NCBI GenBank assembly: GCA_017464525.1
Contig: JAFTZM010000041.1
Coordinates: 12,435-76,434, forward strand
Reading direction: 5' to 3'
Length of the DNA: 64,000 bases
Source: Clostridia bacterium
GTDB taxonomy: Bacteria > Bacillota > Clostridia > Oscillospirales > QAKW01
The position numbers and the translations under genes were made by a program. Below the pieces are notes generated by a model. The model saw only the letters and a list, made by a program, of their open reading frames with translations, made no database searches and was not told the DNA's origin. How positions within the stretch are numbered: position 1 is the first letter of the stretch; each line of letters begins with the position of its first letter. Shown here in pieces: positions 55,001 to 63,306 of the stretch.

Positions 55001-55765
55001 CAGGGAATCGGTACCGCCGGCGGGGTTGGGCACATCCACATGAAGATCCATATAACGGCGCAGCTCGGGAACGGCCTCAAAGAAGGGGCGCATCATGAAG
55101 GCGTTGATCTCCTTGATGGTGGCATAGCCGTTTCTCTGGAGGCTGAGCTGCTCGCTGGTGGCAGGGCCGAAGGTATCCATCACGCCGGGCATCACCAAAA
55201 AGCCCCGGATAATGGCAGAGGAATCGGGGTAGCGCTCTGCAATATAGTTGCGGATCAGCATGGCCACGATCATGGCAATACCGGAGCCGGTACCGCCGGC
55301 CACGGTGGAGGCCACGATGACCTTGACGGTCTGGCGCTTATCGGAGCCGTCTTTATTATAAAGCTCATCGATGGCCCGGTAGAGCGCTTTGATCCGGCCG
55401 GTCTTGATGGTGGCATTCAGGGCCAGGCGGGAGATGGCACGCACCTGCCCGGCACCCTCCGAAACGGTCTTGCCGTTGATGATCATATTATTGGGGAACC
55501 ACTCGTTGCGGGCATCCTCATCCTGCAGCAGGTAATCCCGGATGGTACGGGGAGAGGAGGTCTGGATAGAGGTGATGTTGATGCCGTCCTCGGATTTGCT
55601 CAGGTCGTTTACGTCGGTATCCAGGATCACAAAGCGGGCCTTGGTCAGGTCGTCGTTCTTTGCCAGATCGCATACCTCACGGATGATCTTGGAGCCAATA
55701 CCGCCCACACCCACATAAAGGGATGCGGCTACCTTATTGCCCCGCGTCTTTTCATGCTTGCTCAT
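52076..55765 (-). CDS. FtsZ/tubulin-superfamily GTPase domain protein (1229 aa; N-terminal about 400-aa tubulin-like domain plus a long helical C-terminal region)
   Basis: LYVGVGGIGSKII (aa 16-28, GxGGxG). ILDTDVN. SEGAGQVRAISR. VIVASTVAGGTGSGIAMIVA carries the tubulin signature AGGTGSG (aa 156-162, nt 55280-55300). I see no TM segments. Confidence 0.8.
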   Translation of the reverse strand: MSKHEKTRGNKVAASLYVGVGGIGSKIIREVCDLAKNDDLTKARFVILDTDVNDLSKSEDGINITSIQTSSPRTIRDYLLQDEDARNEWFPNNMIINGKTVSEGAGQVRAISRLALNATIKTGRIKALYRAIDELYNKDGSDKRQTVKVIVASTVAGGTGSGIAMIVAMLIRNYIAERYPDSSAIIRGFLVMPGVMDTFGPATSEQLSLQRNGYATIKEINAFMMRPFFEAVPELRRYMDLHVDVPNPAGGTDSLRCTPFDFCFLFDRTDENVCNMSQMSQYRSYVAHSIYEQCIGPMSAKASSKEDNIHREFLDDKKLSRNRFGGAGASVLRYPYEQIRDYIAFDWIEKALIGYSSKDVDEAGREKMVTESWLIYDKDFRNKEKAFLDNPHSTEKAPDRATVYMADVETGSERFTTRLVEDHIDPKNAKHKNALAAADDQAFGSTSIAAVEHYIQQMVLRAYELCEQGAEETREGFDNYKSNSATGKKFKVRYRNINKALDFVDPARIKKTVRSFVDRAFNGNEQINAGNEPYMMEAFLSLDGKALHPNAMRYLLYKLMDQLAVETKNEPEYAIFEQEIATIKRGPMKVDSKKGDQRDISGFQVLGNGTETGLESMCNSCAESSLASEDAKLRCNKKLDNFAVTVEEWYEKFVRYYVCQEAKPFVERLIAQFEGFYDKFETKVVGLEKRKKTVLSKIAFKPGNCEYNLFNNPEHLNKLVEEQTMPSGGTRQESDLFAGIYGAIKENAKKAERLRHDSFADETLDDVFETVIIEQYKKIVEEWCGDYIDVDIVRACGMEHRIKCLCMAEKDPQKEEELRKLASDPKAKNAHMAKLIEMGRAFASPSIIRKDFEESRTVNAMAYNIYMEEGDGMQMPEEYFVADNASDTVSKYELRFFRSVYNITPIQLQKLCSPQADPGKLNECVDSGEAGMVGIYFTAYQDYMAKIGPDNRLNPVITPHIDKRWNSITVLPELDPQGYQRVLMKRIHKAMLYGFIFQLIEKRMSSVHDPNKLVYEYIDGRNGTKKFIVSNHTKCDRLFEVLDSLYFDRYAVHSIHGVADKKRKKEFEASTLYEETTFARYLPEMDRMMLVDSMDRRALAAEKLQDKQVSLFEIPLLYWNSLPKKDAAELEIMVDAIFEIIELEISTFVDADDANPLIAKTIRDHYNMLYENYNLCPAVYTGSDRIGIKENPAVKVIRKKVLEKIDDLDVSGGEDFGLVDQTKRDALFV

Positions 55766-55786
55766 AATCTGTTTCTCCTTTATTCG

Positions 55787-58003
55787 TTATTCTTTGTTGA
55801 TATAGATTTTTCCGCTGAACCGATAGAGAGAGCGATCCCGGCCGTGGACCTCTTCCCAGCTGATGGCACAGCCGTTATAGAGGACAAAATACGGCTTATC
55901 GGAATTGGCACCCACGATCTGGCCGTTCTGCAGCTTGCAGCGCTCATTATCGATCCGCAGATTGGTTACTTTATCGGAAAAGCCCACATCGGATAGCAGG
56001 AAGGTCATGGACTGGGCTTTCAGAAGATTCTTGATCCAGGAATTCTTTCCCCACTTGAAGCGCAGCTTGGCAGAGCCGGTCACAGCGCTTTCATCGGGGC
56101 TCTTTCTGCAGGCGATCTCCACGCCCCGTTTCAGCTTGATGGGGCCGTCGGTATCGTCGGCGTCCCGGTCGTTGGTCACATAGATTCGGCTGGGACGTAC
56201 CGGGAAGCCCAGCAGGAAGATGATCACCGCAAGGATGATCAGCGCAATGAGGATCCACAGCCAAAGGGGCAGGTTCCGGATGCCGAAGCTGACATCCTCT
56301 GCCTTGGACTGGACCTCCTTGCCGTATTCATCGGGGGCAGAGGCCTTCAGCTCCAGCGTATAGCTGCCGGCGGCGGGCTTCAGGTAATTGCCCCCCTCAT
56401 CGGTGCCGAGCCAGATATTGAAGGCAGATTCACCGGTCAGCTTCTCCATCCGGAAGGGAAGGGTTTCCTCCCCCTTAATGACCTGAACGGTCAGAGCCGC
56501 TGCCTCCAGCTGGCTTTCGGTCAGGGGCTGGCCGTTCATGGTCAGCTCTGCCCGGATGGGCTTCCAGCTTTCATGGGCCGAAAGCAGATACCATTTATTC
56601 TTCTGCTCCACCGTGGCAGAGATCTTCAGCTTGGCCTCGGGATCGGGCACCTTGATGGAATTGGGGAAGATAGAGGGATCATCCTGATTGGTGATCTTAT
56701 AATCGGTGAGGTAGGTACCGGTGATATCCACCTGGATCCCTTCCCCGGGGGCAAAGGAAACGGTGCCGCCGTTTTCCACCGCAATAGGCTTCTGGCCCTC
56801 ATAGGTCACGGTGGTATCGATCTGCACATTGCCGCCCAGCAGTTCATGCTCCGTTACATCCTTGCCGGTCACCGCATCCACCATTCTGGCGTGATAGATG
56901 TAATCCCCGGCCGGGATCTCTCCATCGGAAAAATCCTCCGGCTGGTTATCGCCGTTCAGCAATTCCACCTCCAACCGGACATCCGGCTCATAGAACACCT
57001 GGATCTTATCCGCATCGCTGTATTCCAAGGTATATTCCCCGGCGGGGCAGGCACCGAAGGTCACCACCTGGCCGGAAAGGCTGGTATCCACTGCTGCGGT
57101 CCCTTTGACCCATGCGGAGCCGAAGCTCAATTCGCTGTACTTCCGCTGGCCGCTGTTCATGGTAACGGGGATCTCGGTACCGTTACTGTCCTTCAAAGAG
57201 GTGATCTTTGCGTTCTGCCCTTGGGCAAACACAATGACCTTGCTCATGGAGATATCCAGCGCGAGAGCCTTGCCCTTCAGCCGATCCTTCAGCTCATTGC
57301 GCTGGAAGATCTTATTGCAGATGCTGATCAGCTCATTCTGCAGCGCCCCGGACTCGGAGACCGCCGCAGCATAAAAGCCCTTGGCTTCGTTGCTTTGCAG
57401 GGCATACTGGCTGCCCAGCGCCAGATACTGCACCTTGATCCCGCTGCCGGCCATGGCCTGCAGCTTCTTCTGGGTCTCGCTCAGCTGCATGGGCGTACCG
57501 TTGGTAGCGCTGGGCTGAAAAGCACCGTCGGTAAGCACCACCAGCCACTTTTCCTTGGCAGAAGAGGATTTGATATAATTATAGGCCCGCTCCACAGCGG
57601 TGAAGGGCGTACCGTTTGCCAGAGGGGTATACATATTATGGATCTTATCGATATCCTTCTGGCTCTGGATGGTGATGGGGCTGGTACATTCCACCGGATT
57701 TTCGGCAGCAGGCCGGGAACCGTCGGTGGCCACCTCCCACATGGGGAATACCGTCAGCTTGTCCCCATTGCTGTAATCCAGCATGGAAGCAAAGATCTCC
57801 ATGGCGTACTTGGCATGGCACCAGGCTGTATTGGGCACATTCTCCCCCAGCAGATACATGGAGCCGGAATTATCGTAGACCACAGCGATCTCATAGGTCT
57901 TTTGCGGCCCGTTCCCGGCAAATACCGGCAGCAGCCCGCTCACCAGCAGCACCGCAGCGGTCACCAGCAGCAAAAGCCTGCGGAGCGCTTTTCTCTCTTT
58001 CAT
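55787..58003 (-). CDS. Exported vWA-domain protein with beta-rich (Ig-like) repeats, one C-proximal TM helix and a cytoplasmic tail of about 135 aa
   Basis: I prefer the ATG at 58003 as the start (AAGGAG 7 nt upstream). The signal or anchor segment is LLLLVTAAVLLVSGLLPVFAG. The MIDAS motif DNSGS is at 57860-57874, followed by T (TPFTAV) and VLTDGA. The TM helix is LWLWILIALIILAVIIFLLGF. Confidence 0.85.
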   Translation of the reverse strand: MKERKALRRLLLLVTAAVLLVSGLLPVFAGNGPQKTYEIAVVYDNSGSMYLLGENVPNTAWCHAKYAMEIFASMLDYSNGDKLTVFPMWEVATDGSRPAAENPVECTSPITIQSQKDIDKIHNMYTPLANGTPFTAVERAYNYIKSSSAKEKWLVVLTDGAFQPSATNGTPMQLSETQKKLQAMAGSGIKVQYLALGSQYALQSNEAKGFYAAAVSESGALQNELISICNKIFQRNELKDRLKGKALALDISMSKVIVFAQGQNAKITSLKDSNGTEIPVTMNSGQRKYSELSFGSAWVKGTAAVDTSLSGQVVTFGACPAGEYTLEYSDADKIQVFYEPDVRLEVELLNGDNQPEDFSDGEIPAGDYIYHARMVDAVTGKDVTEHELLGGNVQIDTTVTYEGQKPIAVENGGTVSFAPGEGIQVDITGTYLTDYKITNQDDPSIFPNSIKVPDPEAKLKISATVEQKNKWYLLSAHESWKPIRAELTMNGQPLTESQLEAAALTVQVIKGEETLPFRMEKLTGESAFNIWLGTDEGGNYLKPAAGSYTLELKASAPDEYGKEVQSKAEDVSFGIRNLPLWLWILIALIILAVIIFLLGFPVRPSRIYVTNDRDADDTDGPIKLKRGVEIACRKSPDESAVTGSAKLRFKWGKNSWIKNLLKAQSMTFLLSDVGFSDKVTNLRIDNERCKLQNGQIVGANSDKPYFVLYNGCAISWEEVHGRDRSLYRFSGKIYINKE

Positions 58004-58086
58004 GAACATTCTCCTTTGCTGTTTTAAAATAAAACGGACGCCCTACTCATTTTTTCGCAAGGATCCGATTTTATTTGTATTTAATT

Positions 58087-58115
58087 ATTATATATTTATA
58101 TTAATACTAAGTCAA
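58087..58115 (-). promoter_or_regulatory. Promoter of the vWA-tubulin operon
   Basis: On the minus strand: TTGACT (58115-58110), a 17-nt spacer, then TATAAT (58092-58087). It lies in a very AT-rich 150-bp gap. Confidence 0.6.
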
Positions 58116-58135
58116 TATAAAATGTCGATTTAAGC

Positions 58136-58159
58136 AACAAAAAAGCCCCCGAAGAGGCT
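58136..58159 (-). terminator. Strand-specific terminator of the gltS-phosphatase unit
   Basis: On the minus strand AGCCTC-TTCG-GGGGCT (one G-U pair) is followed by TTTTTGTT, directly after the stop at 58160. The plus-strand version has a C-A mismatch. Confidence 0.65.
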
Positions 58160-58867
58160 TTAAATGTAATATGTTTCCTTGGTTTCCAGGCAAAGGCACC
58201 CCAGCCGGCCGCCGTATTCGGGATAGCCCGCCCCACAATCCAGATCGATCACATTCCCTCTGCCGAAAAAGATCTCCGGCCGGCGGCCGCCCAGATGGAG
58301 TGTCGGGGTATGGCCAATCAGAAATTTCACCCCCTCCGGCTGCCCTTTCAGCCGGAAGGTCTGATCAAAATTCTTGGGACGTTCCCACAGAAAATCCCGA
58401 TCCTCATAGGCGGTGATGGAATAATTGGCGCTGAACAGCTCCGAGAGGGTATGCATCAGCAGATAGGGCTGCCCCGCCACCGTCAGTTCCAGATAAAGGG
58501 GGCTTTTTTTCATAAATGCCAGGATCCTCTGCCGGTCGGCCTCAGCCAGAGCCATCAGGGAACGGTAGGTCTCCTCCCCGCCGTTGGCATACCAGCGGCG
58601 CACGGCGGCGGTGCCCAAGGGGCCTAAATTTCCGGGATCACGGAAGAGATAGGGCAGACTCTTGCAGGCCATATCCTCGTGGTTTCCCTTCAAACAGACC
58701 GTATTTTTCCGGTCCATCACATCCAGCAAAAGAGCGGCGCTCTCCGGCCCCCGATCGCACAGATCTCCCAAAAGATATAACTGATCCTCCCCGGAAAAAC
58801 AGATCAGCTCCAGCATCTGCCGGTATTCCGCAAATCGGCCGTGAAGGTCAGCCATTACATAAGTCAT
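58160..58867 (-). CDS. PPP-family metallophosphatase (Ser/Thr phosphatase / ApaH-PrpE-like)
   Basis: Start at MTYVMADLHGRF (58867). Motifs ADLHG, GDLCDRG, GNHE and GHTP. An ATGA overlap couples it to the gltS-like stop. Confidence 0.8.
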   Translation of the reverse strand: MTYVMADLHGRFAEYRQMLELICFSGEDQLYLLGDLCDRGPESAALLLDVMDRKNTVCLKGNHEDMACKSLPYLFRDPGNLGPLGTAAVRRWYANGGEETYRSLMALAEADRQRILAFMKKSPLYLELTVAGQPYLLMHTLSELFSANYSITAYEDRDFLWERPKNFDQTFRLKGQPEGVKFLIGHTPTLHLGGRRPEIFFGRGNVIDLDCGAGYPEYGGRLGCLCLETKETYYI

Positions 58868-60246
58868 TTTGCCGCCTTTCTGAAGATCTTCGACCGGAAA
58901 AGAATGACATTCATCACAATAAAGAACAACAGCAGGATCCCCCAAGTGAGCAGCGGCTTTTGGGGTGCCAGCGTTGCCAGCAGCATCAAGGGGAAGCCAA
59001 AGACAATGGCAGGAAAATTCTGATAGACCAGATTATCCGCCGCAGGGGTCTCAAAGCCGTTATCGATCTCCCGCAGCAGGATGATACCGGTGCTGGCGGT
59101 ACCGGTGAGCATTCCGTACATGGTGAGGAACTGCTCCTCGGAATACTCCTTGAAGAGGACACGGGCGGTGAGCAGATTATAGGCATAGGTAATCACCAGG
59201 CCCACCACGCCGAGGATCAGGATCACGCCCCAGTACTTTTCCAGAATTCCCAAGCGGATGGCGGCGATGCCGGCCACCACCATGATATCAAAGAAGAAAT
59301 TGCTGCAACGGGTCATCAGGAAATCATTGGCATATTTCCGGTTGATGATCTTCTTTTTTTGCAGAAAATTCACCGCCGCCTTGACCAAGGTGGCAGCGAT
59401 CACGCCCAGCAGGAAGTTAAAGCCATAGATCACCGATTTCATCCCGGGCAGCAGCAGCCCTAAGCCGTACATCATCAGATAGGCCAGAAAATAGGCTCCG
59501 GCAACAAAGGCCAGTTGCACCGTCAGTTTATCCATACTGCCCTGCATGGGGATCTCATTTTCTCCTTGCACCTGCTCGGTGCTGATGGCGGCTTCTTCCC
59601 GTTTGGCCACCTTGATCTTTCCCTGACGTTTCAGGATATTCAGATGGATCACGCCGCCCACGCTGGCGCTGATAAAGCCCAGAGCGGCGATGGTCAGCCC
59701 GAAGCTCTTGCCGCCTTCGAAGCCGAAATCGTTTTCATAAATGCCGCCGTAATTCATGGCCTGGCCGGTGCCCTGGCCGTAGCCGAAGGGCAGCAGCACC
59801 CCGGCTGCGGAAAAGAAATCCTTGATCACCAGCGCAGCGATGATGGTAATGCCGAAGCCCACCACCGCCTGCAGCAGATAGGTAGCCACCGTATTTACGC
59901 CGGTATTGAAGATCTCAACGGTACGTTTTTTGGTCAGCTTGCCCTTGCCGCTCTTAAAGGCAGAGGCGATAAAGCCCAGCGCCAGCGTATGATAAGTAAT
60001 AATTTCCAGGCCGGCCATGCCGTTGGCGCCGAAAAAGGCGGTATCGAAAAAGAGGTCGCCGGTGATCAGCTTATAGATCCCCGCCACCGCCAGCAGCATG
60101 GCGCCGCCCAGCACCGAGGTGGGGATCAGAGAGGCCTCCAGCCACCGCACCGAGCGCTTGAGCATATTGGCGGCGATCAGAGCGATCAGCAAAACGATCA
60201 GCAGATTAATGCTTCCCCAGACATTAGAGTCCCAGAAATTCTCCAT
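58864..60246 (-). CDS. gltS: Sodium/glutamate symporter (GltS family)
   Basis: About 460 aa and polytopic. The N-terminal LKRSVRWLEASLIPTSVLGGAMLLA pattern resembles GltS. I prefer the second ATG (60246) as the start, based on spacing from GAGGG. Confidence 0.6.
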   Translation of the reverse strand: MENFWDSNVWGSINLLIVLLIALIAANMLKRSVRWLEASLIPTSVLGGAMLLAVAGIYKLITGDLFFDTAFFGANGMAGLEIITYHTLALGFIASAFKSGKGKLTKKRTVEIFNTGVNTVATYLLQAVVGFGITIIAALVIKDFFSAAGVLLPFGYGQGTGQAMNYGGIYENDFGFEGGKSFGLTIAALGFISASVGGVIHLNILKRQGKIKVAKREEAAISTEQVQGENEIPMQGSMDKLTVQLAFVAGAYFLAYLMMYGLGLLLPGMKSVIYGFNFLLGVIAATLVKAAVNFLQKKKIINRKYANDFLMTRCSNFFFDIMVVAGIAAIRLGILEKYWGVILILGVVGLVITYAYNLLTARVLFKEYSEEQFLTMYGMLTGTASTGIILLREIDNGFETPAADNLVYQNFPAIVFGFPLMLLATLAPQKPLLTWGILLLFFIVMNVILFRSKIFRKAAK

Positions 60247-61417
60247 TTTCATTTCCCTCGCTTTTATTTTTATAGTGATGATAGAAATTTACATATTTCA
60301 GGGCGTTGAACCGTTTGCCGCCCTTCAACTGATAGACATGATCCTGATAATAGATATTCAGCTTATTCCGCCCCAATACCGTAACAGCGGCGGTCTCCCC
60401 GAAGGGAAACACCATCCCGTCAGCGGTGATACGGTCGCTGTAAAGGGCCAGCTGAACTTCCTTCCGCAGGGGAACCTTTCTTTGATAAAGAAGGACCTCC
60501 GAAAGATCAGCGGTGTCCCGGAAGGCCGGCTCCTTTTCATAGGCAGAAAGGGGCAGTTTTCTCACATAATCTGCCTGATATTCATACCAATCGGCCACGA
60601 ACCGAAAGGGGAAGGAATGGCCGATCCCTGCCAGTTCCCTGGTGGGCAGATACCGGATCTGGCGGCCGCATTTTTTGCAGGTAAAGACATCGCCGCAGCT
60701 TTCAAACTCTGCCAGCCCGCAATGGGGGCAGACATAGATGGCCCGTTCCAGATACTGGGCCAGATTTTTATGGCGAAATTCGCCGCTCAGCGCCGCTTCA
60801 TCCACCCCTAATTCTTTGGTAATGAGGGCCATCATCTCCTCGTCGGTGAGGGCCTGATACTCCTCCGGCTCCACCACCCGGGAAACATAGGTGCGCATCT
60901 TCCCTTTACGGATATCATCTGCCCAGCGGGGCTGCACCCCATAGCCTCCCTCGATCCGAAAGATGGCAAGGGGCAGCTTCAGCACCCGCATCAGCTTCAC
61001 AATGGAGGGCTTGATATAGCAAAGCCGGCCGCTGTAGGTACGGTTTCCCTCGGGGGCCAGGGCGATGGTGCCGCCCTCCTTCACCACCCGGATGCAGGTC
61101 TTTACTGCCTTCAGATCGTTGGTCTGCTTTTTGATGGGGATGGGATTGACTAGAAACCGGATCAGCTTGGAGATCCAGCCCATGGAAAAGATATCCTCAG
61201 TGGCGATATAGTATACCGGCCCCTTGAAGGCACAGCCCACCATGAACTGATCAAATACCGTCTGGTGATTCATGATGATCAGGTACTGCCGGCCGCCCTG
61301 CTCTTTGAATTTTTCAATGGCAACGCCGCATTTCCATTTCATATACGGGTACATCACCAGATAGGCCAGATCCCGCACCACCTTATGCCGGGGCTTGATC
61401 CATTTCTCTTTCTTCAT
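60224..61417 (-). CDS. Lysophospholipid (PlsC-type) acyltransferase with a C-terminal zinc-ribbon extension
   Basis: NHQTVFD (HX4D), APEGNRT, then CPHCG...CKKCG. Start at MKKEKW (61417). Confidence 0.7.
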   Translation of the reverse strand: MKKEKWIKPRHKVVRDLAYLVMYPYMKWKCGVAIEKFKEQGGRQYLIIMNHQTVFDQFMVGCAFKGPVYYIATEDIFSMGWISKLIRFLVNPIPIKKQTNDLKAVKTCIRVVKEGGTIALAPEGNRTYSGRLCYIKPSIVKLMRVLKLPLAIFRIEGGYGVQPRWADDIRKGKMRTYVSRVVEPEEYQALTDEEMMALITKELGVDEAALSGEFRHKNLAQYLERAIYVCPHCGLAEFESCGDVFTCKKCGRQIRYLPTRELAGIGHSFPFRFVADWYEYQADYVRKLPLSAYEKEPAFRDTADLSEVLLYQRKVPLRKEVQLALYSDRITADGMVFPFGETAAVTVLGRNKLNIYYQDHVYQLKGGKRFNALKYVNFYHHYKNKSEGNENGEFLGL

Positions 61418-61554
61418 ACGCACCCTCAATTCTTAATATTTTATTCATATTTTAACATTTTCATAGGGTTTGTCAAGTTCGTTGACCCTTGCATCCTTCT
61501 GCCGACTGTGTTATGATAAATAATACCATAAATTTGTGATGCGCAGGTGAATCT

Positions 61555-63255
61555 ATGAAAACAAAGCATTCCGGACGTTTCTGGCCAGTTCTGGAGACCC
61601 CCTTTGAAAAGGAATTTAATCGGGATCAGCCCTTCGGCACTTATCCCCGCCAGCAGATGAAACGGGATTCCTACCTCTGCCTCAACGGCCGGTGGGATCT
61701 CTTGCTGAACGGAGAACCCCTCGGCAAGGTTACCGTTCCCTATCCCCCGGAAAGCCGCCTTTCCGGCATCGGCAGGAGTTTTAAAAAGACCGATATCCTG
61801 ACCTACCGCCGCAGCTTTACCCTTCCCTCAGGCTTCCGTAAGGAGCGTGTGCTGCTGCATTTCGGGGCGGTGGATCAATATGCAGAGGTTTTCCTCAACG
61901 GCCAAAGTGCCGGCAAAAATGCCGGCGGCTACCTGCCCTTCACCCTGGATATCACCGACCTGCTGATCCCCGGCCAAAACCGGCTGGAGGTGGAGGTGAC
62001 CGATCCCCTGGACCCCGATATGCCCTACGGAAAGCAGCGGGTCAAACGGGGAGGAATGTGGTATACCCCCATCAGCGGCATCTGGCAGACGGTCTGGATG
62101 GAAAGCGTGCCCCAAAACTATATTGAAGACATCCGGATCACCCCCTCCTTAGATCGGGTGAAGGTGGAAGTCACCGGCGGCGAGGGAGAAAAGGTACTGA
62201 TCTTTAAGCAGAAGGGCTACCGCTTCACCGACTCGCTGGAGCTAAAGATCGAGGATCCCCATCTCTGGAGCCCGGAGGATCCCTATCTATACCGGTTCAC
62301 TGTCGTCTCCGGGGAAGATCAGATCACCTCCTATTTCGCCTTAAGGACCATCGAAGTGCAGGGGGAACGGTTGCTGCTCAACGGCAAGCCCTACTTCTTC
62401 CACGGCCTGCTGGATCAGGGCTATTTCAGCGACGGCATCTACCTGCCCGCCACTGAGGAGGGCTTTGAAAACGACATCCTGCAGATGAAGGCCTGCGGCT
62501 TCAATATGCTACGCAAGCACATCAAGCTGGAGCCGGATCTCTTTTACTTCTATTGCGATAAATACGGCATGATCGTATTCCAGGATCTGATCAACAGCGG
62601 CCGCTACAGCTTTTTGCGGGATACGGCCATCCCCACAGTACTCACCAAAAAATGGCGCACCCGCCGGGCATCCAAGCGGCGGGAAGCGGAATTCTACCGC
62701 CACGCCGAGGGGATCCTCCGGCAGCTATACAGCCACCCCAGCGTCTGCTACTACACCATCTTCAATGAAGGCTGGGGGCAGTTCGAGGCCGACCGTGTCT
62801 ATCAGGACATCAAGGCCATGGATCCCACCCGTATCTATGACACCACCTCCGGCTGGTTCAAGGAAACGGCCAGCGATGTGGAAAGCGAGCATATTTATTT
62901 CAAGCCTATCCGGATCAAGCCCGCCGGCCGCCCGGTGGTGCTTTCGGAATTCGGCGGCTATTCCTGCCGGGTGAAGGATCACACCTTTAATCCGAAAAGA
63001 AACAGCGGCTACCACTTTTTCACCGAGGACCCCAAGGAATTCGAGCAAGAGCTCATTGCCCTTTACGACCGGGAGATTCTCCCTGCCGCAGAAAACGGAC
63101 TCTGCGCCGCGGTGCTGACGCAGGTGAGCGATGTGGAGGATGAAACCAACGGCCTGCTCACCTACGACCGGGCAGTATTAAAGGTAGATTCCGGCGCCAT
63201 GCAGGAGCTGGCAGAGCGGCTGAAAAATTCTTTTCAAAAAAGTATTGACAAATAG
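61555..63255 (+). CDS. Glycoside hydrolase family 2 enzyme
   Basis: 566 aa. LHFGAVDQYAEVFLNGQSAGKNAGGYLPFTLDITDLL (sugar-binding domain), NMLRKH and FNEGWGQ (acid/base NE). Confidence 0.8.
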   Translation: MKTKHSGRFWPVLETPFEKEFNRDQPFGTYPRQQMKRDSYLCLNGRWDLLLNGEPLGKVTVPYPPESRLSGIGRSFKKTDILTYRRSFTLPSGFRKERVLLHFGAVDQYAEVFLNGQSAGKNAGGYLPFTLDITDLLIPGQNRLEVEVTDPLDPDMPYGKQRVKRGGMWYTPISGIWQTVWMESVPQNYIEDIRITPSLDRVKVEVTGGEGEKVLIFKQKGYRFTDSLELKIEDPHLWSPEDPYLYRFTVVSGEDQITSYFALRTIEVQGERLLLNGKPYFFHGLLDQGYFSDGIYLPATEEGFENDILQMKACGFNMLRKHIKLEPDLFYFYCDKYGMIVFQDLINSGRYSFLRDTAIPTVLTKKWRTRRASKRREAEFYRHAEGILRQLYSHPSVCYYTIFNEGWGQFEADRVYQDIKAMDPTRIYDTTSGWFKETASDVESEHIYFKPIRIKPAGRPVVLSEFGGYSCRVKDHTFNPKRNSGYHFFTEDPKEFEQELIALYDREILPAAENGLCAAVLTQVSDVEDETNGLLTYDRAVLKVDSGAMQELAERLKNSFQKSIDK

Positions 63256-63275
63256 CCGAATATCGGTTATCATGT

Positions 63276-63306
63276 AGTCGGTTAGCAAACGCTAACCGAC
63301 TTTTTA
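63276..63306 (+). terminator. GH2 terminator
   Basis: AGTCGGTTAGC-AAAC-GCTAACCGACT followed by TTTTT. Confidence 0.75.

Noticed and set aside
44668-55996. Very long plus-strand ORFs: 571 aa (44668-46383), 961 aa (46486-49371), 337 aa (50126-51139) and 1580 aa (51254-55996).
   Set aside because: They are antisense to the well-supported minus-strand genes. The translations are repetitive G/L/I/H-rich with no motifs, as is typical of GC-rich shadow frames.
58160-58867. The PPP-family phosphatase considered as part of the vWA-tubulin system (TerY-phosphatase-kinase style).
   Set aside because: It is translationally coupled to gltS by an ATGA overlap. A strand-specific terminator and a separate promoter divide it from the vWA gene. 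No kinase is present.
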